Shown here one piece after another: positions 18,261 through 29,112 of a stretch of DNA of 64,000 nucleotides. Source of the stretch: Nitrosopumilus sp. (GTDB taxonomy: Archaea > Thermoproteota > Nitrososphaeria > Nitrososphaerales > Nitrosopumilaceae). The stretch spans positions 800,001-864,000 of the forward strand of contig OZ243974.1 in assembly GCA_965214775.1 (NCBI GenBank). Reading direction: 5' to 3'. The notes beneath the pieces were generated by a model. The model searched no databases and was not told the origin of the DNA. It saw nothing but the letters and a program-made list of their open reading frames with translations. Made by a program: the position numbers and the translations under genes. Each line of letters opens with the position of its first letter. The stretch's first letter is position 1.

Positions 18261-19115
18261 ATGGTCCTTGAAGCCCTGTCTTATGGATTTGTTCAGAAGG
18301 CACTAATTTCGGGCATTGCTGTTGCGCTAATCTGCTCTTTTATGGGAACGTTTCTTGTATTGAGGCGCTACGCTTTATTTGGGGACGGAATTGCCCATGT
18401 GGCCTTTGGCGGCGTGTCAGTGGGATTGTTCCTGGGGGTGTTTCCAATTTGGACTGCATACATGGTTTCAATATTGGGAGGAATAGGACTGCAAAAACTC
18501 CGACAAAGTACAAAGATTTCGGGAGATGCTGCCGTAGCTGTCGTACTGGTTACCGGATTGTCTTTGGGCGTCATCCTGGTAAGCTCGTCAGGAGGCTTTT
18601 CAGTGGATTTGTTCAGTTTCTTGTTTGGAAGTATCCTGTTGATCAGCAACGAGGATACAGTCATAATTCTAACGATCAGCACGGGAATCATCGCAACGCT
18701 TGTTGCATTACGAAAACAATTCCTGCAAATTACGTTTAATGAAGAACAGGCAAGAATCTCAGGATTGCATGTTACATTGCTAAACTACGCATTCGTAGTA
18801 CTGGCAGCCGTAACGGTAGTAACATCTATGAGACTGGTTGGAATCTTGTTGATATCAGCATTAGTTGTAATTCCCAACATCAGTGCAATGATGTTTGGCA
18901 AAGGATTCAAGCAGACAGTCGGAATATCGATGTCAATTTCAGTCATCTCAGTAGTAGCCGGAATACTTTTGTCATATTATTACAATCTTGCGCCATCCGG
19001 AATCATTGTCATGGTTGCAGTTGCAATTTTGGTAGGAATTGTCCTAGCCAGATCTGCTGGCTTGATTTCGAAAATAAGTACAAGGAAAAAATCCGAAACC
19101 ACGCACAGCGTCTAA
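18261..19115 (+). CDS. znuB: Metal ABC transporter permease
   Basis: GDGIAHVAFGG and FLFGSIL; hydrophobic. Confidence 0.9.
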   Translation: MVLEALSYGFVQKALISGIAVALICSFMGTFLVLRRYALFGDGIAHVAFGGVSVGLFLGVFPIWTAYMVSILGGIGLQKLRQSTKISGDAAVAVVLVTGLSLGVILVSSSGGFSVDLFSFLFGSILLISNEDTVIILTISTGIIATLVALRKQFLQITFNEEQARISGLHVTLLNYAFVVLAAVTVVTSMRLVGILLISALVVIPNISAMMFGKGFKQTVGISMSISVISVVAGILLSYYYNLAPSGIIVMVAVAILVGIVLARSAGLISKISTRKKSETTHSV

Positions 19116-19145
19116 ACAAGCCCACGCTTGAAATATGATGTATGT

Positions 19146-19226
19146 GGTCACGTCCCCTTGCTAGCTAGGCACGAAGATTACAATCATTCATGCTAATTCG
19201 TGCCTGACTGATGGGGGTAGGTGACC
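19146..19226. other. Long imperfect hairpin, function unknown
   Basis: GGTCAC..CCCC..AGGCACGAA / TTCGTGCCT..GGGG..GTGACC. Confidence 0.5.
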
Positions 19227-19352
19227 TCGTACCAAGAGGTTGTTGCAAATATAATCCTAGATGGTAATCCTAGTGGTAATAAGATAGCCCCTAGGCAGAA
19301 TTGAAGTCATGATTCCCTACTGGACAGGCATGAAAATCACAACTGCAGGCAA

Positions 19353-19479
19353 ATCAGTACTTCCTAGGTGTGCTTTTGCAGACCAGGCACGGCATAGCCG
19401 CTAACTTCGTTTATGCATAAGATCTTTTGCAAATTACGTAATTACCGTGCCTGTAAAAGTACACCTAGGAAGTACTGAT
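19353..19479. mobile_element. MITE-like foldback element with CAGT-type ends
   Basis: About 35-bp IR ATCAGTACTTCCTAGGTGT(G/A)CTTTT... Confidence 0.65.
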
Positions 19480-19544
19480 GTGGAGCCTGAAAAAGCGCTA
19501 ATCAAGAGAACAGCTGTAGCATGACATTTCTTGGACAAAATCGT

Positions 19545-22349
19545 TCAAACAGACTTCTGGGAGTTGATCAGATCATTTAGCCTTCGTTTGTCATGTATGC
19601 TCTTTACGTAGAACAACGAAGTTGCAATTATTCCTGCGGCAATTAACGGCGATGCGATCTCCGTATATTTTAATTCAGTTTTTTTATCTGCTGGCTGGGT
19701 TTGAGATGGTGATGAAGCAGGAATTTCAGTCATTTTTATCGTTCCAATCTTGTTTCCCTGCTGTTCGACAAACCAAACGTTGTCGTTCCCATCTGATGTC
19801 ATGAACTGGACAAATGAGGATTCGGTTGGAACTGGAACTTCCAATAGATCATTGTTGTCAGGATCATAAACTGCGATAGAGTCAATCACATGCTGGGCAA
19901 ACCACACATTGCCATATCTGTCAAACGTCATTCCGAATGGAAGTGACTCGCTATCTGGAACAGTTACTTTATCAAAAGTTTCCAAGACAGGATCAAATCT
20001 GGATATTGCCAAGCCTGCATGCTCTGCAACCCACAAACTGCCATCCTCATCATCAAACAGCAGGGCTTCTGGACCCTGAAGGACGGTATCTGATGAAATT
20101 TGAGTCAGTTGATTGCTTTCAGGCTCAATATGACCAATTTTTCCAGAACCGGTGGCAGTATACCATATCTTTCCTTCGCTGTCAATGGCCAGGGCAAATG
20201 GCAGTGACCCTTTTTCAGGCAAAACAATCTCGTCAAAGGTATCGTCTTCGGGAGAATACTTTAGAATCCTGTCCTTGTTTACAATTGTAATCCAAATGTT
20301 TCCATCCAGATCTGCCTGAATAAACAGTGGCGTATTATCTGAAATTACAGGATCCACTTTCGGAATTGTCCTGGTCGTTACTTCCTTTGTATTAGCATCA
20401 AGATATCCTATTTGGTTTCTTTGTCTGTCAACAAACCAAATGTTTTCCTTGCTGTCCTGTGTTAGAAACGTTGTTCCCAGCCCATCAAAGGAATATGGCG
20501 TAAACTCTTGGGAATCCAGTGAGAACTCCCAGAGCCTTGGAGATGATGCATCACTAATCCATAAAGAATTTTTTCCGCCATACAATGCATAAAGCGGCTT
20601 TGCATCCTCTTCTGGCAATTCATATTCTACAACCTGCATCTGGATATCTGCAAGCCGTGGCTTGACAAGCAAGTTGAGCGTTTTTGATTCGTTTGCATTA
20701 TCTGTTCTCTGAGCTTCAACCTCAACTAGCCACTTGCCGGAAAATCCAAAGGTGATCTCCCCTTGAAATTCGATTGGCCTGCCTTCTGTCTGTCTAGTTA
20801 TCTCCATGGGAACTTCAATGGGAGAAATATTCTTTGACGGGTTTGAAATTTTGACCTTCACTTGCTCTGAATCATAAAGCTGATTGCCATCAAAGTCTGT
20901 AACTTTGACAGTTATTGCGTTTGAACCGCTTGTAAATGGCGATATTCCAACATCAAATCTTGCATTCTCTGTAAATTCAATTGTGTTAAAACCATAAGCT
21001 GCTTCTTGTGCATCAACTCTTTGAATTTCTCCTGCAGGCAGCGTTCCATTGGTCAGCAGTGCAACGACACCCAGCAAGGCTATTCCTAAAGCGGCATCAA
21101 CTTTGAGCGATTTTTTTAATTTCTTATGCACGGTAATTTTTCCTGATGATAAGTTCTTTTCTGCATTTTTTTGCAGCCTAAACTGAAAGAATCCGCCCAA
21201 TGCCACCATGACAGCAGCTATCGCAATTTTTAGCATGATTAGCTTCCCAAACACTGATTCTGTGATTAGGCCTACGTCGCTTTCAAGGAACCACATCAGG
21301 GTTGGGCCCGTAACAATTACAATTCCCACCGAAATGATAAACGCGATTGAAAATCTGGGAATCATTACCAGGCTCATTTTCTCTTGGTTTTCTTCCTGTA
21401 ATTGTGAAAATGTCGGAAGCAGTGCAAATACAAAGTATATGATTCCTCCAATCCAAACTGCGGCAACCAGATTGTGGATATAGTCTAGCACTACTGCGCC
21501 AAGCTGCTCACTTGCAGCGCCATGCCCTATCATTGTGGTCGTTGAAATTAATACAAGCGAGACTGCAAGCATTGGAATCTGATTCTTAGTTGATAGTGAT
21601 TTTTTCCTGTCCATTCCAAACCAAATACCCAGCAAGACAAGAGTGATGATCATTCTTGCAAGCCAAATTGTTCCAAAGTATGTTTGAATTACATCAATTG
21701 GCGAAGTTTCCAGTCTGATTGTTTGGACCGCAATCATGAGAATGTCAGATACAAAAACAAGCACGAGTCCGGTTCCTGTCACTGACATAAACTTTCCATG
21801 GTGGAAACTCTGGACTTTTTCAAGCTCCTCTCTGATCAGATTTTTGTTTTGGGTTCCCCAGATAATCAGAGAGGCAATAACTGATCCCAGTACGATGGTC
21901 TGTCCGACAATTCCGGGAAATCTTGCGCCTGCTTCAGGCAAGAATACTAGCTCTGCAGGCCCATCGGGGATATCTTTGACGTCAATAATTACATCGCCTA
22001 TTCCAAAAATAAAAGCTCCCGGTACCAAATGTCCGTCTACCTTGGACAGAACCTTCGTCGTAGCTGTGTACACTCCCTCTTCAAGTGGCAGAGTAGTCAC
22101 AATGATCGATAGTTCGCCTTCATAGTAACTGGTATCCCTGTTATCAATCTGGTTTCCGTTTGGATCAAAAACTCTCATTTCACTAAAACCAATGTCTACC
22201 GGTTCTGAAAAATACACGATTACCTCGGTTGTTCCAACAGGTCCGTTTGATGATATGTTTGGGATCGTCTGTTCGGTAAACGGATGTGCTGCCGCAAACG
22301 GGATTGAAATCAATGATAATGCAAGTAATATAAAGAGAGTTTTTTTCAT
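19545..22349 (-). CDS. CopC/CopD copper-transport fusion with C-terminal Vgb-like beta-propeller
   Basis: AHP...VDGH (CopC), GH...H.L.AAVWIGG (CopD), GNIW-type propeller repeats. Confidence 0.9.
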   Translation of the reverse strand: MKKTLFILLALSLISIPFAAAHPFTEQTIPNISSNGPVGTTEVIVYFSEPVDIGFSEMRVFDPNGNQIDNRDTSYYEGELSIIVTTLPLEEGVYTATTKVLSKVDGHLVPGAFIFGIGDVIIDVKDIPDGPAELVFLPEAGARFPGIVGQTIVLGSVIASLIIWGTQNKNLIREELEKVQSFHHGKFMSVTGTGLVLVFVSDILMIAVQTIRLETSPIDVIQTYFGTIWLARMIITLVLLGIWFGMDRKKSLSTKNQIPMLAVSLVLISTTTMIGHGAASEQLGAVVLDYIHNLVAAVWIGGIIYFVFALLPTFSQLQEENQEKMSLVMIPRFSIAFIISVGIVIVTGPTLMWFLESDVGLITESVFGKLIMLKIAIAAVMVALGGFFQFRLQKNAEKNLSSGKITVHKKLKKSLKVDAALGIALLGVVALLTNGTLPAGEIQRVDAQEAAYGFNTIEFTENARFDVGISPFTSGSNAITVKVTDFDGNQLYDSEQVKVKISNPSKNISPIEVPMEITRQTEGRPIEFQGEITFGFSGKWLVEVEAQRTDNANESKTLNLLVKPRLADIQMQVVEYELPEEDAKPLYALYGGKNSLWISDASSPRLWEFSLDSQEFTPYSFDGLGTTFLTQDSKENIWFVDRQRNQIGYLDANTKEVTTRTIPKVDPVISDNTPLFIQADLDGNIWITIVNKDRILKYSPEDDTFDEIVLPEKGSLPFALAIDSEGKIWYTATGSGKIGHIEPESNQLTQISSDTVLQGPEALLFDDEDGSLWVAEHAGLAISRFDPVLETFDKVTVPDSESLPFGMTFDRYGNVWFAQHVIDSIAVYDPDNNDLLEVPVPTESSFVQFMTSDGNDNVWFVEQQGNKIGTIKMTEIPASSPSQTQPADKKTELKYTEIASPLIAAGIIATSLFYVKSIHDKRRLNDLINSQKSV

Positions 22350-22425
22350 TCACTGCAAGTTCCGCAGCTGATGTTTTAACAGTTTACATGTTTTCAAGTT
22401 TGTACCAATTCGCATAAAGATAATA

Positions 22426-23082
22426 ATGTGCTATTCTGGTATGATGGTCGTGAAGATAGCATTCTGGGGCCTTGTTGGACTATTGTTTTCCATAGGCATG
22501 ATTGCTCCATCATTTGCCCACACTACTGTTCATGTTGATCCGTATGAAATTGAGGCAGGATGGGGAACCGAGCCTCCTGTTGTGGGAATCAGAAACAACA
22601 TTGTTTTCAAAATTATTGAGCGTGGAGAAAACGAGGGTACGTACGCCGGAGTAACCAGTGTTTTCAAAGGCGTTGATGCAACTGTCATGTTTGGCGGCGC
22701 CTCAAAAGGCATTGACATCAACTCTGATCCAAGACCCGGATACTACTTTTCTCCGATTATTCCAACCAAGACTGGAACCTACATGGTTGAATTAAAGGGT
22801 GAAATTCGAGGGGTTCCAGTTGACGTTAAAATTCCAATTGAGGATGTAGAGCCGACTGCAATTTTGGATTTTCCTCCATCAAGCAGTGCCGGTGACGCCG
22901 ATATTGCCGCATTGAAAAATGCGATTTCATCACTCCAGCAGGATGTCTTGAAGTTAAAATCCGGTGAAACTGAAGTTACATCTACTGATGACGGAGCTGC
23001 TTATGACTTTGCGATATTTGGGTTGTTTATTGCAGCAGCGGCCATTATCTTGGCGATAATTGCTCTAGTAAAAAGAAAATAA
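22426..23082 (+). CDS. Membrane-anchored secreted protein with His at the mature N-terminus
   Basis: Signal ...SFA|H, EAGWGTEPP, C-terminal TM helix plus KRK. Confidence 0.8.
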   Translation: MCYSGMMVVKIAFWGLVGLLFSIGMIAPSFAHTTVHVDPYEIEAGWGTEPPVVGIRNNIVFKIIERGENEGTYAGVTSVFKGVDATVMFGGASKGIDINSDPRPGYYFSPIIPTKTGTYMVELKGEIRGVPVDVKIPIEDVEPTAILDFPPSSSAGDADIAALKNAISSLQQDVLKLKSGETEVTSTDDGAAYDFAIFGLFIAAAAIILAIIALVKRK

Positions 23083-23096
23083 GAAAAGAGGAATTC

Positions 23097-23963
23097 CTAA
23101 AATCTTGGAACGACTCTAGATTTTGCAGTAACTGCTACAATGCTTATGATTGCAACAGCAAGTATCATCATTGCAATTGTTCCAAATTCCGGAACAACGT
23201 TTGTGAATGCTACTTCTTCACCGATTGGTCCTGTTTTTTCATCAATACCATAGCCTTGGAAGGTAATGGTGATGTCGACTGGATCAGCAGAGCCTAGTGG
23301 TGCAGTTTCGTGCATTCCTGAGCCCTCATGATGGTGTGCGCCCATATCATCTAGAACTGTTTCGCCATTCTGTGTAACAGTAATGTCGTGGTTGACATGT
23401 TCTGCATCTACAAATTCTACGTGAACTTGCATTCTCTCACCTGCCATTGGTTCAGAAGTCCAAACTGAAACTTGTGTTCCGTCTGACATCATTCCTGTAG
23501 CAGATGCATCTATGATCAAGTGACCTTCGTCATCCATGTGGTCATCATGGCCATGATCGTCTTTAACAGCTCCTGCCTCTTGTACAATGATTACACCTTG
23601 CATCCAAGGATGAACCATACAAAAGTAATCATATTCTCCCACTTCAGTCGGATTCCATTCAAATGAATTTCCAGGCGAAAACAAACCAGTGTCAAAGATG
23701 CCGTCCGGTCCGTCCTCTGGAGTTCCTGAAGTGTATGTGTGTGCTGCCGTATCGGTATTTGTCATGATAACAACCCCGCCAACATCAACTGTTGCAGTGC
23801 TTGGAATGTAACAGCCTTCTGAGGTCTCTTCACATCCCGGAACAGCTGAACCGGCTGCTGAGTCAATAGTTACTTCTGAATGATCTGCAAAAACTGCCGG
23901 TGATCCAACACCTGCTGCCAATGCAAACAGTACGAAGAAAGAGCTAATTGCTATTGTCTTCAT
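23097..23963 (-). CDS. Blue-copper (cupredoxin) protein with PEFG-CTERM anchor
   Basis: AHT...YFCMVHPWM; VPEFG followed by TM helix. Confidence 0.92.
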   Translation of the reverse strand: MKTIAISSFFVLFALAAGVGSPAVFADHSEVTIDSAAGSAVPGCEETSEGCYIPSTATVDVGGVVIMTNTDTAAHTYTSGTPEDGPDGIFDTGLFSPGNSFEWNPTEVGEYDYFCMVHPWMQGVIIVQEAGAVKDDHGHDDHMDDEGHLIIDASATGMMSDGTQVSVWTSEPMAGERMQVHVEFVDAEHVNHDITVTQNGETVLDDMGAHHHEGSGMHETAPLGSADPVDITITFQGYGIDEKTGPIGEEVAFTNVVPEFGTIAMMILAVAIISIVAVTAKSRVVPRF

Positions 23964-24157
23964 TAGACAGATTACTTGTTCAGATACATAAAAACCTCAC
24001 TGAAAGTTGATTCGAAATTAGCATATTCGGAAATCATGTATAAGCAAATTTGCACTAAATCGATTAAAATGCATGTAAATGACAAGTTACCTGTCAAATT
24101 ACTTGACAAAGGTACAGAAAAATCCGGGCAATGATTTGCACGGCTTTTAATTTCGGA

Positions 24158-25015
24158 TCACTTTTCGGGGATTTCCAGCTGCTGGATTCTGGCTTTTTCT
24201 ATAAAATTATACAGTTTCAGAACTCCAAACATGGGAATTCCGGCATACATTGCGATGTTCAGCAGGACTATGGGGATTCCATATCCGAGCATTTTGCCTT
24301 CAGAATCAATTTCTACGTCGTTTAGCAGTGACAGAGACAAAAGCATTGGCGTTAGTGCCACCTTCATAACCTCTTTGAACATTGGGTTTTCCCTTTGATA
24401 ATCGGCTACTGCTGGTGAAAACGAGTAATAGAATTGATTGAATGCTGTCATAAATGCAGTTCCAGAGCTGGTCTGCAACACAGTGTTGTCCCTAAGTTCT
24501 CTTAACTGTTGAACTTGAGGCGCTAATTCAGAACCAAATGTCGCAGTGGCAATTAGACATCCTCCATTTTGGCCATTGTTACCCGGTTTTTCCTTTGGAG
24601 GAGAAACCGGCTGTGCGTTTGCCTCTCCTACTTGGATATCAAACGATACCACTTCTTTAGGAATCGGTTGGAACAAAATTCCTTCCACTTCCAAATCCAT
24701 TGTGTAGACTCCTTTGCCTAAACTAAAATCAATCGGGATTTTTACGGTTCCTAACGACGTATGTGTCAACTGGATTGGACCAAAAACAGCTTCGCCATCC
24801 TTTGACACAGCAACAGCATAATCAATATGCTCTTGGACTTTTTGCGTTTGTGGGTTGATGAAATCTATGTTGATCCTAGTTTGGGTGTCGGGCTCTATTG
24901 GATCGTAAGTCAGTCTTACATCCAAGGTTTCTTTGTCTGTAGGCAATGTTTGAGTTTCTGCATATGCGGGAACTAGCAATAACGGAGCTAAAAGCAGTAC
25001 AAGAAAAAGTTTCAT
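24158..25015 (-). CDS. CFI-box-CTERM surface protein
   Basis: GGCLIATATFGSELAPQVQQLRELRD. Confidence 0.88.
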   Translation of the reverse strand: MKLFLVLLLAPLLLVPAYAETQTLPTDKETLDVRLTYDPIEPDTQTRINIDFINPQTQKVQEHIDYAVAVSKDGEAVFGPIQLTHTSLGTVKIPIDFSLGKGVYTMDLEVEGILFQPIPKEVVSFDIQVGEANAQPVSPPKEKPGNNGQNGGCLIATATFGSELAPQVQQLRELRDNTVLQTSSGTAFMTAFNQFYYSFSPAVADYQRENPMFKEVMKVALTPMLLSLSLLNDVEIDSEGKMLGYGIPIVLLNIAMYAGIPMFGVLKLYNFIEKARIQQLEIPEK

Positions 25016-25127
25016 ACACAGGTTTTTCTTTTGGCAAATAAAAATTCTACTCCAATTTCCAAAATAGAAAGTTTCTCATGCGTAGAAATGCTGTGCCAGC
25101 TTTAAATATGGACTTTGCATAATTTGA

Positions 25128-26849
25128 GTGTTGTACCACCACAAGTTCGGGTTGTTCATTACAATAATTGGAATCTTTACGATTCCAGCTTTAGTTCCTG
25201 ATGCGTTTGGTCATGGACTTGGCGGGGATCAAGCGCCTCCGATTAGCTTTGAGGGAATGGAAGTCACGGTAAGAACAGATCTTACTCCATCAGACATCAC
25301 AGTCGAGGACATTGATGACGTAAACATGAAAGTTAGATTCTTTGATACGTTGACAGATACCACTTTGGAGAAGGTAACGTATAGAATTGAAGTCTGGAGA
25401 AGCGGAGACTTGCTTGCGCGAAATTTGTTTTATGATCTTGATGGACGGCTAGATGTCGAGATCAGGCCTGAAGCCAGCTGTGATGAAGCAGAACTTTGGA
25501 AATGCAGCGTTTATGGCGGCTCTGAGCACGTAACTGCTCCGGGAGCACTCTACGTATTTGGGGAAGATTGTACTGATGAAAACCTGGAGACCTGTGCTAG
25601 GCCAACGATCACCGGACCCATCTTTGAAAAAGGCGGTCTGTACAATATTCGAGTAGACATCGAAGGCGCCACAAGTCCAAAAACACTATTGCCAATCCTG
25701 CTAAGTTATGATACCTTTGTCAGCGTAGCCCAGGAACAGGACTTCCTAGTTCAAACAGCGTCTGCCCAGGAACTTCCAATTGTTGTAAAAACGTACTATG
25801 ACGATGTTGAAAATTTCCAATTTGACACCTTTGATAATTCAATTAGTTTTGACATGGCATTTGACTGGAGTCCGGACTATGTTGATCTTGTCGAAGTAGT
25901 CCACGAAGAAGTTAGAGTTCCAAAATCATTTGTCCCATATGCAGAAGGCACACAGTTCAAGGGATATGTAAATGGAATTGAAGTTGATCAACGTGCGCTA
26001 CTAAATGATCCGTATACGTATAACGACACAAACATAATCCACTTTTTGATTACAAATGCCGAATTGACTAGAATTAACGAGGAACTTGGTCCTGACAATT
26101 ATGGTTCCAAAAACATGAATTTGAGACTGGTGCCATTAGATGAAGTTTCAAAAAGTTCAACCGAGTTTTACCTGGTTGACACTGATAATTTAGAGCGGGT
26201 TCCAACGACTGTAAACATTTCTTGGGACGGAAAATACGGGGCAGATGGAGAAATTCCATTCGAGTTTACCTTCTTCAAAGAGGACAAACAGTTGCTAAAG
26301 GACGTCAGATACTCATACATTGCATTGGACGAAAACAATAATGAAATTGCACGTCATGACGGAGATGATCCAGACAACCCCGGAATCATGTCAACTGAAG
26401 GAATTGACATTCAGAGAATTTTCGTTCCCTCCGAGGGCCAAATGAGAATTGACATCCTGGTTTATGGAACCGGCCTTGATTATGACCCAACTTATTCCGG
26501 AATTGGTTCTGCCATCATCGAAATTGGTCCTAGCGTTCCAAACTCTACAGTAACTCCGGCAATCGAGGAGAAACCCATTCCAGAGTGGATTAAAAACAAC
26601 GCAAGATGGTGGGCAGACGGAACGATTGATGATGATTCCTTTGTGCAAGGGATTCAATATCTGATTAAAGAAGACGTTCTAAGAATACCTCCAACCACCA
26701 CGCAAGGCCCGGGAGATGGTCACAATGAAATTCCAGAGTGGATTAAAAACAACGCAAGATGGTGGGCAGACGGAACGATTGATGATGATTCCTTTGTGCA
26801 AGGGATTCAATTCCTTATCAAGGAAGGAATGATGAGAATCCAGTCATAG
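25128..26849 (+). CDS. Thaumarchaeal surface protein with two C-terminal IPEWIKNNA domains
   Basis: Signal ...AFG|HG; duplicated C-terminal domain. Confidence 0.85.
   Translation: MLYHHKFGLFITIIGIFTIPALVPDAFGHGLGGDQAPPISFEGMEVTVRTDLTPSDITVEDIDDVNMKVRFFDTLTDTTLEKVTYRIEVWRSGDLLARNLFYDLDGRLDVEIRPEASCDEAELWKCSVYGGSEHVTAPGALYVFGEDCTDENLETCARPTITGPIFEKGGLYNIRVDIEGATSPKTLLPILLSYDTFVSVAQEQDFLVQTASAQELPIVVKTYYDDVENFQFDTFDNSISFDMAFDWSPDYVDLVEVVHEEVRVPKSFVPYAEGTQFKGYVNGIEVDQRALLNDPYTYNDTNIIHFLITNAELTRINEELGPDNYGSKNMNLRLVPLDEVSKSSTEFYLVDTDNLERVPTTVNISWDGKYGADGEIPFEFTFFKEDKQLLKDVRYSYIALDENNNEIARHDGDDPDNPGIMSTEGIDIQRIFVPSEGQMRIDILVYGTGLDYDPTYSGIGSAIIEIGPSVPNSTVTPAIEEKPIPEWIKNNARWWADGTIDDDSFVQGIQYLIKEDVLRIPPTTTQGPGDGHNEIPEWIKNNARWWADGTIDDDSFVQGIQFLIKEGMMRIQS
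26577..26811 (+). repeat. 82-bp identical direct repeat (26577-26658, 26730-26811)
   Basis: Exact nucleotide identity. Confidence 0.9.
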
Positions 26850-26864
26850 GTTTTTAAATAAATT

Positions 26865-27089
26865 TTGACAAGTGATGATTACATGAAAGACATCAATGAC
26901 ATAATGCCAAAAGTGCCCAACATGAAATGGGGGGCCTTGATGAACAAAGCGCCAACAAATGAAAAATTCGAGGAGATGAACAAAATCTTTCCAAGCAACG
27001 GAAAATGGCATACGGTTTTTGAAGAAAAAGATTCTGTCACAATAGACGGAAGGCAGATTTGGAAAAAAAATCCCGACAAGTGGACCTAG
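26865..27089 (+). CDS. Small hypothetical protein
   Basis: ORF fills the operon gap; possible start at ATG 26883. Confidence 0.7.
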   Translation: MTSDDYMKDINDIMPKVPNMKWGALMNKAPTNEKFEEMNKIFPSNGKWHTVFEEKDSVTIDGRQIWKKNPDKWT

Positions 27090-27090
27090 C

Positions 27091-28656
27091 TTGAAAAAAT
27101 TTCTTTTAATTGCAATTCTTACCTTGCCGCTTGGATTGGCATCGACATACGAAGATGTATTCGGCCATGGCATAGGAAGTGAGACGTTTCCTCCGGTTGA
27201 TCTTAACGGAAGGCAAGTGACGCTTGAAGTATCCTCGTCTCAAAACGATCCGGAAACAAATGATGATGACCAACAAATTTCAATATCCCTTGTTGATTTT
27301 GACTCTAAAATCACCCTAAGGGATGTGAAGTTTTTGATTTCAGCCGAACGTGGCGAAAAATTTCTTTTCAAGCAGGAATTTAATGCCGATAGCGGATTTC
27401 TAGTTTTCAATTTTGTGTCCTGGGATACGGATAAAATAATTTTAGAGGAACAAGAAGAAACTGTCGGAAGCTTCTTCGGATCACTGTTGGGCTTGGAAAG
27501 CAGAATGATTCACGTCAAAGGACCCAGTCTTGGCAACGGCGGGCTGTACAAATTCGATGTTTATGTGCTTGCCGCAGACGGATATTCAAACGTCCTTGCA
27601 GAACCGCTTGAATTCAATGCCGGCATATCAATAGCCCAGACTACCAGCCATGCAATCAATGACGAGTATTTTGGACTTCAAACAGTCGATGTCATTACAT
27701 ACTATGACGAAATTTCAAATTTTGAATACGACTCAGAGTCTAGAGAAATTAGCTACACGATGCCGTTTGAGTGGACCGAGACCAACATTAACCAAACGTC
27801 AGTGGTTCATCAGGAGATATCCATTCCCAAATCCTTTGGGGACTTGCTTGCCTCAGGGTTTGTCATGAATGTCAATGGCGCGGATCTATCAGGGGACATT
27901 GTAAATATTGATGACTTTTTTGCCGAGGACAGAGTTGTTCATTTCACCATATATCAAAAAGAACTTTTGAACGTTTTAGAAAGCGGTTCAAATGACAGCA
28001 AAATGAATTTCAAGATCAGGCCCAGCCTGGATTACCCTCATCTAAGTTCCGTAACTGAGAACGGCCAGTTTAGAATTCTGGTGTCATGGGAGCCAGAAAA
28101 TTTGCAGTCAAACTCCAGTGCAAAGGTAATTTTTGACGTAACTGACATCTTTCTAAGGAACAGGCCGGTATCTACAAATTACGATTTTTCAGTTTCGCAG
28201 GGAAACAACATTCTTCATCAACAAAGCGGCGTTAGCACTGATTCAAAGGACGAACACAACGTAGCCGAGTTCCTTGTCTCAGAGGACGTAAGCGGAATAA
28301 TAAATCTGAACTTTTATAATTTGGATGGAAATGATCTTGCAAGAACGTCCATTCCTGTTCCAGTCAATAGAGGAACCAGTGAAACTTTAATTTCAGTTCC
28401 TGACTGGATTCGAAACAATGCAGAATGGTGGTCCGATAAGCAGATTGAGGATGCAACATTCGTTCAAGGAATAGAATACTTGATAAAAAATGGAATTATT
28501 CAAGTTTCCCCAGCACAACAGCAGGATTCAGAGCCTGAAGGTATTCCGGACTGGATTCGTAGCAACGCAGAATGGTGGGCAAATGGGTTGATAGGTGATG
28601 AAACATTTGTCCGGGGACTGGAATTTTTGATTCAAAAAGGAATCATTCGCATCTGA
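27091..28656 (+). CDS. Thaumarchaeal surface protein, paralog of 25128..26849
   Basis: FG|HG start, TYYD..FxW...VHxE core, two PDWIRxNA domains. Confidence 0.85.
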   Translation: MKKFLLIAILTLPLGLASTYEDVFGHGIGSETFPPVDLNGRQVTLEVSSSQNDPETNDDDQQISISLVDFDSKITLRDVKFLISAERGEKFLFKQEFNADSGFLVFNFVSWDTDKIILEEQEETVGSFFGSLLGLESRMIHVKGPSLGNGGLYKFDVYVLAADGYSNVLAEPLEFNAGISIAQTTSHAINDEYFGLQTVDVITYYDEISNFEYDSESREISYTMPFEWTETNINQTSVVHQEISIPKSFGDLLASGFVMNVNGADLSGDIVNIDDFFAEDRVVHFTIYQKELLNVLESGSNDSKMNFKIRPSLDYPHLSSVTENGQFRILVSWEPENLQSNSSAKVIFDVTDIFLRNRPVSTNYDFSVSQGNNILHQQSGVSTDSKDEHNVAEFLVSEDVSGIINLNFYNLDGNDLARTSIPVPVNRGTSETLISVPDWIRNNAEWWSDKQIEDATFVQGIEYLIKNGIIQVSPAQQQDSEPEGIPDWIRSNAEWWANGLIGDETFVRGLEFLIQKGIIRI

Positions 28657-28710
28657 TCGCATGCCTTTCGATGAATGAACCAGTCGTTTTAAATTGGAAG
28701 ATCCGCTAGT

Positions 28711-29112
28711 TTGATCACGTTGTTTCGGCCCGAAAGAATTGTGGAAAGAAAGTCCGCATTGTTCTCCATAGTTGTTACAGGAGTTGTTGCAATTCTAGCA
28801 CTGCCAATCATCATCCCTCACCTGTTACACGGGTATCATATTGCACACATATTCTTGCATGTTGGAGGAATCTCACTTGCGGTATTCATCTCAGTTCTTG
28901 CAGGTTTTGCATATTATCGATTAAGAACAAAACGGCTGCTTCTTAGTGCAATTGCATTTGGAAATTTTATTGCCGCAGAATTTACCTTGCTCATAGATGC
29001 GACTTGGCCTTCGGTATTTGACTTTGAATTCATGCCACTAGCGGAGGTAGGACACTTATTGACCTTTGCAACACTGGGATTACTGGCGTTAGGAGTGTTT
29101 AGAAATGACTGA
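28711..29112 (+). CDS. Small integral membrane protein with His residues in TM helices
   Basis: Four hydrophobic segments; coupled to the wHTH gene. Confidence 0.75.
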   Translation: MITLFRPERIVERKSALFSIVVTGVVAILALPIIIPHLLHGYHIAHIFLHVGGISLAVFISVLAGFAYYRLRTKRLLLSAIAFGNFIAAEFTLLIDATWPSVFDFEFMPLAEVGHLLTFATLGLLALGVFRND

